Counted from the first letter of the stretch, positions 31,002-43,350 are shown. The stretch is 64,000 nt of DNA from an uncultured Verrucomicrobiae bacterium (GCA_963765205.1 CAVXVB010000007.1:192001-256000), one strand, 5' to 3'. A program made the numbers and translations. The notes: generated from the letters alone by a model not told the origin.

Positions 31002-31400
31002 ATGACCCTCGACCGCCAGTATAAGGATTTTGCCAAGAAACTGGCCCGGCTCTCCTTGGACGCCGGCAGCCAGTTGGACCCGGCGCGGGTGGACGCCGTC
31101 CTCTCCTCCCTGCGCGGCCATCCACCCCGCGTCCAGCGCGCCATTCTCAAAGCCTACCTGCGCTACCTGCAAATTGAAGACCGTCGCGGCCGCATCCTCG
31201 TCGAGCACGCCGGCGACGCCAGCCCCGCCGACCTCGACGCGCTCCGCAACCGCCTCGAGAAAAAATATGGCCGCGCCCTCCGCCTCGAAGCGCGGGAAGC
31301 CCCCGCCCTCATCGCCGGCCTGCGCGCCTCGGTGGCCGACGACATCTACGAAGCCTCCCTCTCCAGCCGCCTGACCGCGCTGCAAACGGCGCTCATTTGA
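31002..31400 (+). CDS. atpH: F0F1 ATP synthase subunit delta (short form)
   Basis: Operon position; C-terminal PALIAGLRASVADDIYEASLSSRL matches the OSCP/delta C-terminal pattern. Confidence 0.85.
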   Translation: MTLDRQYKDFAKKLARLSLDAGSQLDPARVDAVLSSLRGHPPRVQRAILKAYLRYLQIEDRRGRILVEHAGDASPADLDALRNRLEKKYGRALRLEAREAPALIAGLRASVADDIYEASLSSRLTALQTALI

Positions 31401-31537
31401 ATTAAGAACTAAGAATTAAGAAACAACCCGCCCTCGTTCTTATCTTTCACCACACCTAAAAATCTTTCCAATCCCTGCCGGGAAATTCCTAATTCTTATT
31501 TCCCGTTTCTTAATTCTGCCCTCTTAATTCTTAATTC
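31399..31537. repeat. Inverted heptamer-repeat cassette (AATTAAG units), atpH/atpA junction
   Basis: GAATTAAGAACTAAGAATTAAGAAAC ... GTTTCTTAATTCT ... TCTTAATTCTTAATTC. Confidence 0.8.
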
Positions 31538-31546
31538 CACCTTCCC

Positions 31547-33112
31547 ATGCCCTCCGTTCTCGAACAAATCCAGCAGGAAATCGCCAAGCTTGAAACCGGC
31601 TCCACGCAACGCAACGTGGGCCGCATCGTCACCCTCGCCGACGGCGTCGCCAAACTCGATGGCCTCTCCGCCGTCATGTATAACGAAATGATCGAGTTTC
31701 CCGGCGGGGTCTTTGGCATCGCCCTGAACCTCGAGGAAGACGAAGTCGGCGCCATCATCCTGGGCGACTACGCCCACCTCAAGGAAGGCGACGAAGGCAA
31801 GACGACCGGGCGGCTCCTCTCCGTGCCCGTCGGCAAGGCGCTGCTGGGCCGCGTGGTGGACGCCATTGGCCGGCCCATGGACGGCAAAGGCCCCATCGCC
31901 ACTTCTGAAACTTATGCGGTGGAGAAAATCGCCCCCGGCATCATCGCCCGCCAATCCGTGGACCAGCCCCTCGCCACCGGCATCATGGCCATTGACTCGA
32001 TGATCCCGATTGGCCGCGGCCAGCGCGAACTCATCATCGGCGACCGCGCCACCGGCAAGACCTCGATTGCCATTGATGCCATCATTAACCAGGCCAAGAT
32101 GAACAAGGAAGGTCTGGCCAGCGGCGACCCCAAGTTCCGCCCGGTTTATTCCATTTACGTTGCCGTCGGTCAGAAAAACTCGAACGTCGCGCGCACCGTC
32201 AAGGCGCTCGAAAACGCGGGCGCGATGGCCAACACCATCATCGTCGCCGCCCCCGCCGCCGACAACCCCGCCAACCAATACCTCGCCCCTTACTCCGGCT
32301 GCGCGATGGGCGAATGGTTCATGGAAAACGGCATGGACGCGCTCATCGTTTACGACGATCTCTCCAAGCACGCCGTGGCCTACCGCCAGATTTCGCTCAT
32401 TCTCAAGCGCCCCTCCGGCCGCGAAGCCTATCCCGGCGACGTATTCTATCTGCACTCCCGCCTGCTCGAACGCGCCGCGCGCCTCAACGCCAAAGCCGTC
32501 GAGGCCCTTTCCGGCGGCAAGGTCAAAGGCTCGACCGGGTCGCTGACCGCGCTCCCCGTCATCGAAACACAGGCCGGCGACGTCTCCGCCTACATTCCCA
32601 CCAACGTCATCTCGATCACGGACGGCCAAATTTTCTTGGAGACCGACCTGTTCAACCAAGGCATCCGCCCCGCCATTTCCGTCGGCCTCTCGGTTTCGCG
32701 CGTCGGCTCCGCCGCGCAAATCAAGGCCTACAAGCAAGTAGCCGGCCGCGTGAAGCTCGAGCTGGCGCAATATCGCGAACTGGCGGCCTTCGCCCAGTTT
32801 GGCTCCGACCTCGACGCCCGCACCAAGGCCCAGCTCGAACGCGGTGCGCGCATCGTCGAGCTTTTCAAACAGCCCGCGCTCGCGCCCAAAAGCACGGAAG
32901 TGCAAATCGTCCTGCTCTGGGCCGTGCAAAACGGCATCCTCGACCCCATCGCGCGCGAAAAAATTGTCGCCGCCGCCGCCTCGCTGGATGAATACCTCAC
33001 CACCCGCAAAGCTCCGCTGCTAAAGAAAATCGTCACTGAAGGCAAACTTTCCGACGCCCTCACCGCCGAAGTCAAGTCCACCTGCGAAGACTGGGCGAGG
33101 ACGTTTAGTTAA
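31547..33112 (+). CDS. atpA: F0F1 ATP synthase subunit alpha
   Basis: [37 protein letters not shown] and [13 protein letters not shown]. Confidence 0.98.
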   Translation: MPSVLEQIQQEIAKLETGSTQRNVGRIVTLADGVAKLDGLSAVMYNEMIEFPGGVFGIALNLEEDEVGAIILGDYAHLKEGDEGKTTGRLLSVPVGKALLGRVVDAIGRPMDGKGPIATSETYAVEKIAPGIIARQSVDQPLATGIMAIDSMIPIGRGQRELIIGDRATGKTSIAIDAIINQAKMNKEGLASGDPKFRPVYSIYVAVGQKNSNVARTVKALENAGAMANTIIVAAPAADNPANQYLAPYSGCAMGEWFMENGMDALIVYDDLSKHAVAYRQISLILKRPSGREAYPGDVFYLHSRLLERAARLNAKAVEALSGGKVKGSTGSLTALPVIETQAGDVSAYIPTNVISITDGQIFLETDLFNQGIRPAISVGLSVSRVGSAAQIKAYKQVAGRVKLELAQYRELAAFAQFGSDLDARTKAQLERGARIVELFKQPALAPKSTEVQIVLLWAVQNGILDPIAREKIVAAAASLDEYLTTRKAPLLKKIVTEGKLSDALTAEVKSTCEDWARTFS

Positions 33113-33115
33113 GCC

Positions 33116-33227
33116 AGAATGGAAGATGGAAAATGGAAAAATCTCACCCGCATCCTTCTTTGTTGAGGCCTGAATCCGTTTTTCTCCTCTTCTTTTTCCC
33201 TTTTCCATCTTCCATTCCTAATTTTCC
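33116..33227. repeat. Inverted heptamer-repeat cassette (ATGGAAR units), atpA/atpG junction
   Basis: Perfect 17-bp inverted repeat GAATGGAAGATGGAAAA at 33117-33133 / 33201-33217. Confidence 0.85.
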
Positions 33228-34110
33228 ATGAAAGGCATCCGCGAGATTCGCCGCCGCATCAAGGCGGTCAAAAACACCGCCCAAATCACCAAGGCGATGC
33301 AGCTCGTGGCGTCTTCGAAAATGAAGCGCGCGCAGGATGCCGCGCTCGCCGGGCGGCCCTACGCGTTGCTGCTGTCGCAAATCCTCGATTTCGGCGCTGC
33401 ACCGCATGCACGAGACCGCGCACCCGTTCTTCGTGACCCGCCCGGTCAAGAAACGCGGCATCCTTTTGATTGCCACCGACAAAGGCCTCTGCGGCGCGCT
33501 CAACGGCAACCTCTTCCGCCTCCTCAACGACATCAAGCCCGGCGAGGCCAGCTACGTCTGCGTCGGCCGCAAAGCCACGCAATTCATCGCCCGCACCGGC
33601 CGCGACCTCCTCGCCGATTTCATTGTCACCGACAAAGTCGGCTACAACGAAGTCCGCCCCGTGGTCGAATTCCTGACCCAGGCCTACCAGGATGGCAAAG
33701 TTGACACCATCGAGGTCATGTATTCGCATTTTGTGAACACCCTGCGCCAGGATCCCGCGCTCGACGCCCTCGTGCCCTTCGAGTCCTTCGAGAAGGAACT
33801 CGAAAAACTCAACCAGCGCCTCGGTGAACGCGCGGGCGAGGAAATCAAGGACGACCGCGAAATCCAATTCGAGCCGTCCGCGCACGTCATCATCAATGAG
33901 TTGCCGCCGCTCTTCCTCAAGCAGCAGATTTACACGATGATCCTCGCGGCCAAGGCCAGTGAGCACTCGGCCCGCATGGTCGCCATGAAAAACGCCACGG
34001 ATAACGCCAAGCAGCTCGTCGCCGACCTCAGCCTCGAATACAACAAAGCCCGCCAGGCCGGCATCACCCAGGAAATCCTGGAAATCGCGGCGGCGTCAGC
34101 CGCGAACTAA
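33228..34110 (+). CDS. atpG: F0F1 ATP synthase subunit gamma, with an apparent +1 frameshift at ~33390 (probable sequencing error)
   Basis: N-terminus [26 protein letters not shown] is in one frame; DKGLCG...[17 protein letters not shown]...[16 protein letters not shown] is in another. Removing one T from GATTTCG joins them. Confidence 0.95.
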
Positions 34111-35953
<1,843 letters not shown>

Positions 35954-35956
<3 letters not shown>

Positions 35957-36101
35957 GAATTAAAAATTAAGAATTAAGAAGTAAGTGCCAAATAAAGCCG
36001 GATTCCCTTCTTCCTCGAAACTTCGCATTCTTTGTTTCGTAATTAGTAATTCGTTATTCTTACTTTTCGTTTCTTCCTTCTTAATTTTTAATTCTTAATT
36101 T
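35954..36101. repeat. Inverted heptamer-repeat cassette (AATTAAR units), atpD/atpC junction
   Basis: Perfect 20-bp inverted repeat TAAGAATTAAAAATTAAGAA at 35954-35973 / 36078-36097. Confidence 0.85.
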
Positions 36102-36109
36102 CTTCTTCC

Positions 36110-36565
36110 ATGCCTCTCACCCTCGAAATCGTCACCCCGGAACGGCGGGTTTACCGCGGCACGACGGAGTCCGTCCTCATCCCGACCACCTCCGGGGAAA
36201 TTGGCATTCTGCCCGGCCACGTCCCACTGTTGACGCAGGTGGTCGCCGGCGAAGTGCGCCTCACCAACGCCGGCCCCAACACGTCCCTCCCGGCCTCGCA
36301 CCCCGACGCTGACCAGCCCGGCCCCACCCGCGTCGCGGTGGACAACGGCTTCGCCCGCGTCCTCGGCGATGTGGTCTCCATCCTCACTGACGCCGCGATG
36401 GACGAACGCAAAATTGACCTGCAAGCCGCCGTGGACGCCCAGGCCCGCGCCGAAAAGGCTCTCGCCGCCGCCCGCGACAAGCAACTCGACCCCGCCGAAA
36501 TCCAGCAACTCGAAGCCATCGCCCGCTTCGCCATTGTTCAGCAGTTGATGAAGAAAAGGAATTAG
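36110..36565 (+). CDS. atpC: F0F1 ATP synthase subunit epsilon
   Basis: LTLEIVTPER...GEIGILPGHVPL...GFA and a C-terminal helical hairpin. Confidence 0.95.
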   Translation: MPLTLEIVTPERRVYRGTTESVLIPTTSGEIGILPGHVPLLTQVVAGEVRLTNAGPNTSLPASHPDADQPGPTRVAVDNGFARVLGDVVSILTDAAMDERKIDLQAAVDAQARAEKALAAARDKQLDPAEIQQLEAIARFAIVQQLMKKRN

Positions 36566-36582
36566 GGTCGTTTAAGCGCGCC

Positions 36583-38052
36583 CTATGGCTTCGGCTGGGG
36601 CTCATAGCTCCACGTCCAGTCGCCGGCGGTCCAGCGGTCGCTAAGCGCCGGGGCGACCCAGCCGCCGTCGTCCTGGTTGTTCCAGCCAATCGAGTAGAGG
36701 ACAAATTTTTCGCCGCCGGGGTCGCGCTTATAAATTAGGGGCTGCCCGGTGATCAGGTCGGGCGGGAGGGCGCTGGCATAGGCGGGCACGAGGGCGGCCA
36801 ATTTCTCCGGATATTGGCCGGTGGCGAGGCGGGCGCGTTCGAGCGCGCAGGCAACGCGCGCGAGGTCCAGGCCCGCCTGGGCTTCGGCGATGACCATCAG
36901 GGTCTGGTGCGCGGGCGCAAGGGTCTTGAGCAGATAATTATAGGGCGACCAACTGGCCGTGATGTCGTTCTCCATTTTGGTGACTTTGGCGACGGCGGCG
37001 GGGTCGAGGCGGTGGTGCGCCAAATCGTAGCAGCCCAGGATGCCGCCATCATAAAAGCGGCGGAAGCCGATCATGGTCTGGTAGAGCCAGCCGCGCGGAA
37101 AGCGGGCGGAGATGTTGGCCAGGCCGGCGAGGGCAGCATTGTCGGCGGGGATGCCTTCGGGCGTGCCGAGGGTTTGCTCGAAGGCGGCGGTGGAAAACGC
37201 AGCTTCGAACTGCCAGGCGCGGTGGCTCGAGGCGAGCAGGTCAAGGCTGGCGATTTCATCTTCGAGGCCGTCAATCTGGGCGTCATTCCAGCGGTGTTGG
37301 GCGAGGCCCTGCCAGAGGATGGGGATCGCGCCGCTTTGAAAATCCACGGCCAGCATTTGGTAGTTTATCTCCGGGTCGGCGGCGCAGTGCCGGGCGGCGC
37401 GCAGCAAGGTGGTCACATCGTCGGCGGCGAGGCCGGGGAGATTTTGGTCGAGCTCGGCCAGGGCGCGCAGCTCGGTCAGGCACGTCAGGCGGGTGAAGTT
37501 GTCCAGGAGCGCGCCGAGGCTGGCCGCGGCGGGTTCGCCCTCGAGGGGGAAGCGGGTTTCCGGGCGGCGCGCGGCGGCGGCAAAGTCGGCGAGTTCCGCG
37601 TCAAATTGTTTGAGCGGGCCGAGCAGGTCGGTCGTCTGCCAATGGTCGCGCCAGAATTGCAGTTCCACGGGCTGGGCGGTTTCCCAATGGCCGAAATCGC
37701 CGAGGCCATTGGGGACGTGGTCTTCGGGAATAAGGGCGTCGAAGCGCTTTTGGAAATCGCGGGCCGGCGCGGCGGCGGCATCGTTGCCGGAAAGGGCGAG
37801 GTTTTGCAGGAGCGGGGCGGCGGCAAAATTTTGATCATCGGGCACGGCTGGTTGCGCGAAACTGGCGTAATCGAGCCACCAGCCCCCCGCTTTCGCGTGG
37901 GCTTGGTAATCAGTCCACGCCTGAAGGCCCCGGGCGCGCTCGATGTTCAGGTAGAGGATGAGCGCCGCCAGCAGCACCAGCACGGTGATGAGCGCGCGCC
38001 GGACGCCCTTCGCGCGGAGGGATTGGCGGATCGAGTCAAGCGTGCTGGGCAT
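36583..38052 (-). CDS. Membrane-anchored hypothetical protein with pseudopilin-like C-terminus
   Basis: N-terminal TM helix; C-terminal ALER...GQYPEKLAALVP...PDLITGQPLIY...LYSIGWNNQDDGG; GC3-rich codon usage. Confidence 0.7.
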   Translation of the reverse strand: MPSTLDSIRQSLRAKGVRRALITVLVLLAALILYLNIERARGLQAWTDYQAHAKAGGWWLDYASFAQPAVPDDQNFAAAPLLQNLALSGNDAAAAPARDFQKRFDALIPEDHVPNGLGDFGHWETAQPVELQFWRDHWQTTDLLGPLKQFDAELADFAAAARRPETRFPLEGEPAAASLGALLDNFTRLTCLTELRALAELDQNLPGLAADDVTTLLRAARHCAADPEINYQMLAVDFQSGAIPILWQGLAQHRWNDAQIDGLEDEIASLDLLASSHRAWQFEAAFSTAAFEQTLGTPEGIPADNAALAGLANISARFPRGWLYQTMIGFRRFYDGGILGCYDLAHHRLDPAAVAKVTKMENDITASWSPYNYLLKTLAPAHQTLMVIAEAQAGLDLARVACALERARLATGQYPEKLAALVPAYASALPPDLITGQPLIYKRDPGGEKFVLYSIGWNNQDDGGWVAPALSDRWTAGDWTWSYEPQPKP

Positions 38053-38279
38053 GGGAAGGAAGAATTAAGAAGGCAGAATTAAGAATTAAAAAAGCAGGGA
38101 GCGGGGAGCGTTAAGCAAAGGAAAGCGATGGAAAGTGTCCGGTGGGAAACTTTTGAAGTTTGTTGGATGACTGGGCGGCGGAAGGGATATGGAAAACGCC
38201 AATGCCACGCGAATTTTTACACTTTTTTTATCTGGGTGGCGAGCGGAGATGGTGGCATAGTCAACCAAGAAAGGCGCGT

Positions 38280-40028
38280 ATGAAACACGGGTATCTGGCA
38301 TTTCTTTTCCTGCTGGCGGGATGCGCGCACACCACGCCCGGCGAGGCGGTCGCGCCACAGGCTGCGTCCCCGAGCGAGCTGGAGACGAAAGGCCAGGTGG
38401 AGGCGGTGATTGTGGTGGGTGACGTGCAGTTGATCGCCACGGATGGCACGGCACGCGCGTTGAACCGCAGGGATACTTTTGAGGAAGGGAACAAAATTGT
38501 GGCGAATAAAGACAGTAACGCGCTGCTCGTGTTCTCGAATGGCGCGACGTTGCATATAACTGCGGACACGGAAGTGGAGTTGGTAAAATACCGGCAGGCG
38601 CCGTTTGATGAGCAGGCGAACGGGACATTTCTGCGCCTGACCAAGGATCCGAGCCGGTCGAATATAGAACTCAAATTGACCAAGGGCCGGCTGCAAGTAG
38701 AAGTGAAAAAACTGAACACCGCGGAGGGTTCCACTTTTGATCTAACGACGCTGATGGGGCCAATTCACCTGCGCGAGGGCGGAGTGTTTTCCGTCACGGC
38801 GACGGACCAGTCTTTGAATATGGAGCGCGTGGTTAGGTCGATGCAATTTACACCGACGGTGACGACGACCACGACCAATGCGAACGGCACCTCGACCACC
38901 GTCACCAACGCCAACATTAACACCGCCGCCACAATTACGGTGAATTTGTCCGTGGATCCAACGACTGGCCAGATAACCGGTGGCAGCATGGAGGGCACCA
39001 ATCTTCGGACCACGGCGTCCCGGGATTTGGCGAACGCCCTGAACGACACTGTTAACACGGCGCTGGCGGAGGCCGGATTGCCGGCGCCGCCACCGCCTTC
39101 GATTCCACCCGGGCCGGCGTCGGCGAGTGTGCCGGGGACGGGCAACAAGCCCGGCCAAACGATGGCGACGGTAACCGTGGACCGCTCCATCGGCGGCGGG
39201 AATGTTTCGATTTCGTGGGACGAAAAAATATCGCAAGCGGCCTTCCAAAAGTTGGCGAACACGTTTATTGACGCGATGCAACGAAGCGGCCAATCCATAA
39301 CCAGAATAAGCGAGGGCTACAACGGCACCTCCGGGCAGGGGAGTGTTACGATTTCTTGGACAGGCGAACTATTACCGGCGACGGTGCAAGCCTTGACCGA
39401 TGCGTTGAATGAGGCGGCAAAAGCAGCGCAAGCCGCGAGCGCGCCGACGGCGACTGCAAATGTCGAGCCGCCGCCCTGGCCGCCCGGGGTGCCGGAGTTG
39501 AAAGGCCAGGTGCAGGCGTTGATTGTGGTGGGCGACGTGCAGTTGGTCGGCCCGGATGGCACGGCGACCCCGTTAAAGCGCGGGGAAACTTTTCAGGAGG
39601 GGAGCAAAGTGGTGGCGAATAAAGGCGCCAACGCACTGCTGGTGTTCTCGAACGGCACGACGATCCATGTAAAGGCGGGCACGGAAATGGCGGTAGCCAT
39701 GTTCCGCCAGGCACCCTACGATCAGGCTGCGGAGGGGACGTTTTTGCGCCTGACCAAAGATCCGAGCCGGTCGAACGTGGTGCTCAAGGTGAGCGGGGGC
39801 ATGCCGCAAGGCGAGGTGAAGAAGCTGAATGTCGAGGCGGGTTCGACTTTTGAAGTGGACACACCGACGCAGGTGATTCATCTCCGCCCGGGCGAGTTGT
39901 TGGATGGCACGCCGAAGGGCGGCGCGGTTCGGTCGGGGCCAGTGACAGAGCAGGACAATTTTGTCGTGGACACCGCCACCAATTTGGCCGTGGACAGCGG
40001 CACCGGCCTAATCTGGGCCCCGCCATAG
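38280..40028 (+). CDS. Lipoprotein with two FecR-like domains
   Basis: Lipobox LLAGC after MKHGYLAFLF; two ~130-aa homologous domains (KGQVxAxIVVGDVQL...ALLVFSNG...DPSRSN...EVKKLN). Confidence 0.75.
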   Translation: MKHGYLAFLFLLAGCAHTTPGEAVAPQAASPSELETKGQVEAVIVVGDVQLIATDGTARALNRRDTFEEGNKIVANKDSNALLVFSNGATLHITADTEVELVKYRQAPFDEQANGTFLRLTKDPSRSNIELKLTKGRLQVEVKKLNTAEGSTFDLTTLMGPIHLREGGVFSVTATDQSLNMERVVRSMQFTPTVTTTTTNANGTSTTVTNANINTAATITVNLSVDPTTGQITGGSMEGTNLRTTASRDLANALNDTVNTALAEAGLPAPPPPSIPPGPASASVPGTGNKPGQTMATVTVDRSIGGGNVSISWDEKISQAAFQKLANTFIDAMQRSGQSITRISEGYNGTSGQGSVTISWTGELLPATVQALTDALNEAAKAAQAASAPTATANVEPPPWPPGVPELKGQVQALIVVGDVQLVGPDGTATPLKRGETFQEGSKVVANKGANALLVFSNGTTIHVKAGTEMAVAMFRQAPYDQAAEGTFLRLTKDPSRSNVVLKVSGGMPQGEVKKLNVEAGSTFEVDTPTQVIHLRPGELLDGTPKGGAVRSGPVTEQDNFVVDTATNLAVDSGTGLIWAPP

Positions 40029-40086
40029 TCGAAATCACAGACAGGGCGGGGCAGGTCACGGTAATCGTGAATAGCGCTTCTAACGA

Positions 40087-40911
40087 TCACGGCGACGCAA
40101 TGAGGGGGCGGAGTTTGACTTCGAAGAGCTTGGGCCAGCGTTTGCCGGTGACGAAGAGGCGGTCGCCGGCCGGGTCGTAGGCGATGCCGTTGAGGACATC
40201 GGTGTCGGGCGCGCGCTCAGCGGGCGGGAGCAGGTCGCGGAAATCAATCACGCCTTGGACGCGCCCGGTGGCGGGGTCAATGCGGAGGACGTAATCGGTC
40301 TGCCAGACATTGGCATAGATTTCGCCTTTGATGTATTCGAGTTCGTTGATCTCTTTTACGGGCTGGCCTTGGTTCGCGACGGTGACGGTGCGCTGCAAGG
40401 CGAAGGTGGCGGGGTCGAGAAAGCGAAGCTGGCTGGTGCCGTCGCTCATGATCAGCGAGTGGCCGTCGGTGGTCAGGCCCCAGCCCTCGCCCGTATAAGT
40501 GAATTGCCCCACCTGCTTAAAAGTGGCGAGGTCGTAAACGAAGCCCTGCTGGTTCTGCCAAGTGAGTTGGTAGGCCTTGTCGCCGAGCACGGTCAGCCCT
40601 TCGCCGAAATACTGGCTAGGCAGGGCGATTTCGCGCACAACGGCGCCGGTCGTCAAATCCACTTCGCGCAGCGTGGACTGGCCATTGAGGCCGGTGCTTT
40701 CATAGAGCCGGCCATTGATAAAGACTAGGCCTTCGGTGAACGCACTGCGGTCATGGGGGAAAGAGTTAACGATTTCGTAGGAGTAATAGATGGGCGCGGG
40801 GGGCGCGGGCGGCGCGGCTGAAGTGGCCGGTGCGGGGCGGGAGCAGCCGGCCAGCAGGCCCAGCGCTAGGGCGAAAAGCAGGCGGCGGGAGTGTTGAAAC
40901 AAAAAGGCCAT
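40087..40911 (-). CDS. Glutaminyl-peptide cyclotransferase (bacterial/plant type), lipoprotein
   Basis: PHDRSAFTEGL, YESTG, YFGEG, QLTW, EGWGLT, NELEY, VLNGIAYD and TGKRWP; lipobox LLAGC. Confidence 0.93.
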   Translation of the reverse strand: MAFLFQHSRRLLFALALGLLAGCSRPAPATSAAPPAPPAPIYYSYEIVNSFPHDRSAFTEGLVFINGRLYESTGLNGQSTLREVDLTTGAVVREIALPSQYFGEGLTVLGDKAYQLTWQNQQGFVYDLATFKQVGQFTYTGEGWGLTTDGHSLIMSDGTSQLRFLDPATFALQRTVTVANQGQPVKEINELEYIKGEIYANVWQTDYVLRIDPATGRVQGVIDFRDLLPPAERAPDTDVLNGIAYDPAGDRLFVTGKRWPKLFEVKLRPLIASP

Positions 40912-40925
40912 CAAAAGGCATTTTC

Positions 40926-40991
40926 TAACGTTTAACGCTCAACGTTCAACGCTTAACGCTTAACGCTTAACGTTTAACGTTTAACGTTTAA
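40926..40991. repeat. Heptamer tandem array (YAACGYT) x9
   Basis: TAACGTT TAACGCT CAACGTT CAACGCT TAACGCT ... read directly. Confidence 0.95.
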
Positions 40992-41003
40992 GGGGAACGC
41001 AGA

Positions 41004-41079
41004 AGGCACTGAGGCACTGAGGCACTGAGGCACTGAGGCACTGAGGCACTGAGGCACTGAGGCACTGAGGCACTGAGGC
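41004..41079. repeat. Perfect octamer tandem array (AGGCACTG) x9.5
   Basis: Nine identical units plus AGGC. Confidence 0.97.
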
Positions 41080-41165
41080 GCGTTGAAAATCTGAAATCTG
41101 AAATTTGCAATTAGCAATCTTGAGTTTACAACTCGAAACTCGAAACCCGAAACTTCCCACCCTCC

Positions 41166-42467
41166 TCACGCCCGATACGTCAACCGGAATTTTCCCGAGG
41201 GGGTCGGCGGCAGAGCTTCCACGGCGGCGGCGATGATGGGCTGCGGTGAATCGAGCAGGCTTTCGAGCCGTGCGACGAGTTGGCGCAGGTCTTCGGCGCC
41301 GGGCGGCGCGCGGTCGGGGATATAATCCAGGCATGCGCCGCCGTTTTCGATTTGGCGGAGTTGGTAATGGGCCAAGCCGGCGATGTCCGCGAAACATTGA
41401 TCCACCTCCTGCGTGGTGACGCGGCGGCCATCGGGTCGGCGCAGGGCATCGCGCGCGCGGCCATGGACGATGTAGGCTGGGGTAGGGGCGTCGGCCACGC
41501 GCTGGACGAGGTCGCCGATGCGGTAGCGCACGAGGGGCATGTAATCGTTGCTGAGGGTTGTTACCACCAGGTCGCCGATGCCGGTGGCGTCCGGCTCGAC
41601 AATTTCGAAGAACGCGGTATCCGGGCTGGGGCGCATGATGCCATGTTCGTCCTCCATGAGCAGGTGGCCGGTTTCCGTCGAGCCGTAGAGGTTGAAAACG
41701 GGCACCTGGAACACGCGCTCCAAAATCCGCCGGTGCGTGACGCTCATGTATTCGTAGCTGCCGAGGATGAAGCGCAGTGAGGGAAAGCGCAGGCCGCTGC
41801 GTTCGCAATACAGCGCAAACCAGGCAGCATGGACGGGGTCGGTGTCGAGAAAGAGCGGCTGCCATGCGGCGATTTCCGCTGCCATGCGCGCTAATTCGGC
41901 GTCCTTGAGCAGAAAGGGAATGCGCGCGAGATTGACGAAGAGAGTCGCGCCGACGGTGCGTTCGCCGCGCGCGAGCCAGTTGGTGTAGCAGGCCTGGCCA
42001 TTGCAAACGGGGGTGGTGAGGGTCACGCGCCGCGCTCCGGGTTGCTCGTCCAGGGCGCGGGCTACGACGGTGTTGAGCCGCAGCGCGCGCGCTTCCTGCT
42101 CATCCCACCAGCCGCGGCCAAAGAGCACGGGCGTCTGCTCCTCGGAGGTGCCGGCGGTGTGCTCCATTTCGATGAGTTCGCGTTGCAATAAATCCTCCAG
42201 CAACTGGCCATTGCGGAGGAAATTGCCGGGAAAGCCTTCGCGAATATCGCGCTTGGTGATGAAGGGCAGGCGGAAAAATTCTGTGCGGAAATCAAAGGGC
42301 GTGGCGGTTGGACCGTGCGCGGCCAGCATGGCACGGTAAAGCGGCACTTCGCGCCAGCGCGGCAGGAGTTCCTCCAGGCATGCCGGCGGCGTGGCGGGGG
42401 CGGGAAAATAGTTGTTCACGTAAGACGGAAGCAGCCGATTTAAACGAGGGGAAATACTATTCTCCAT
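41166..42467 (-). CDS. Phenylacetate-CoA ligase-like (PaaK/F390 synthetase family) adenylate-forming protein
   Basis: LPFITKRDIR, HTAGTS, NLYGSTETG and MPLVRYRIGD, GR motifs; start placed at MENSIS. Confidence 0.82.
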   Translation of the reverse strand: MENSISPRLNRLLPSYVNNYFPAPATPPACLEELLPRWREVPLYRAMLAAHGPTATPFDFRTEFFRLPFITKRDIREGFPGNFLRNGQLLEDLLQRELIEMEHTAGTSEEQTPVLFGRGWWDEQEARALRLNTVVARALDEQPGARRVTLTTPVCNGQACYTNWLARGERTVGATLFVNLARIPFLLKDAELARMAAEIAAWQPLFLDTDPVHAAWFALYCERSGLRFPSLRFILGSYEYMSVTHRRILERVFQVPVFNLYGSTETGHLLMEDEHGIMRPSPDTAFFEIVEPDATGIGDLVVTTLSNDYMPLVRYRIGDLVQRVADAPTPAYIVHGRARDALRRPDGRRVTTQEVDQCFADIAGLAHYQLRQIENGGACLDYIPDRAPPGAEDLRQLVARLESLLDSPQPIIAAAVEALPPTPSGKFRLTYRA

Positions 42468-42583
42468 CGCCGGCTCCGGCAATGTTTTTTGCGGGTGGCC
42501 GCCTTCACCGGCTGGAAGGCGGCGGGCCGCGTTCGGGAAAAATTTCTCTTGCGCGTTTTTGGCGTCTTCCCGGTGGGTCGCGT

Positions 42584-43195
42584 TTATCTCCTCGCCGCCA
42601 CGAGTGATTGATGCGGGCCTTTGATTTCCTGAAAATAAGTCGGGTGCTCGAAGGGCCAGGGAATCTCCGGGGCGCAGCGCCAGGCGGGGTGGTTTTGGAT
42701 TTGCCCGCGCGCCCAGGCAAAAAAACTGGCGTCGTCGGTGCGCAGCGCCAGCCACGCGCCGGGTTCCGCGCGCGCGGCGAGGGCGTTCAGCAGTTCTGTT
42801 TGCAAGAGACGGCGGCGATGGTGGGCGCGTTTGGGCCACGGGTCGGGAAAGAGCACGAAAATCCCCGCGAGGCGCGCAGGCGGCGGCAGCGTGGCCAGCG
42901 TTTCGGCCACGTCGGCCTTCAGGAACGCGAGGTTGGCCAAGGCGAGGCGGCGTTGTTTGCGCTGGGCGCGGGCGATGCGCTGGGTGACCAAATCCACGCC
43001 GAGGCAAAATCTGTCAGGGTGCGCGGCGGCATAAGCAGCGAGCAGGTGCCCGTGGCCGCAGCCGATTTCGAAAATGAGCGCGGTGGGGTGTGGATAAAGT
43101 TCCGCAAGCGCGGCGGCCAGCGCGGCGCGGCGCGCAGCGTCCCGCGCGGCGATGGCGGGCGGGGCGGCGGGCGTGGGCTGGATGGTCGCGGGCAC
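42584..43195 (-). CDS. trmB: tRNA (guanine-N7)-methyltransferase
   Basis: EIGCGHG SAM motif, FPDPWPKRAHHRRRL and RTD; GTG start is approximate. Confidence 0.9.
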   Translation of the reverse strand: MPATIQPTPAAPPAIAARDAARRAALAAALAELYPHPTALIFEIGCGHGHLLAAYAAAHPDRFCLGVDLVTQRIARAQRKQRRLALANLAFLKADVAETLATLPPPARLAGIFVLFPDPWPKRAHHRRRLLQTELLNALAARAEPGAWLALRTDDASFFAWARGQIQNHPAWRCAPEIPWPFEHPTYFQEIKGPHQSLVAARR

Positions 43196-43350
43196 GGAGC
43201 GGAAGTGTAGGGGGTGAAACGTGAAGTGTGGAGCGTGGAGTTTAGAAACGGATGAAGGATGAGGGATGAAGGGTGGATGAAAACGCCGGAAGTGGCGCGC
43301 TGCATCAAGGGCTTGCGCCCGGCTGGATAGTTTCCATGTAATGGGCAGAT

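Noticed and set aside
33228..34110. atpG as a true pseudogene or programmed frameshift
   Set aside because: Single-base indel in a T3 run with both halves well conserved and no slippery heptamer; similar indels elsewhere point to sequencing error.
40926..41152. CRISPR array
   Set aside because: Units are 7-8 bp tandem repeats with no unique spacers, and there are no cas genes.
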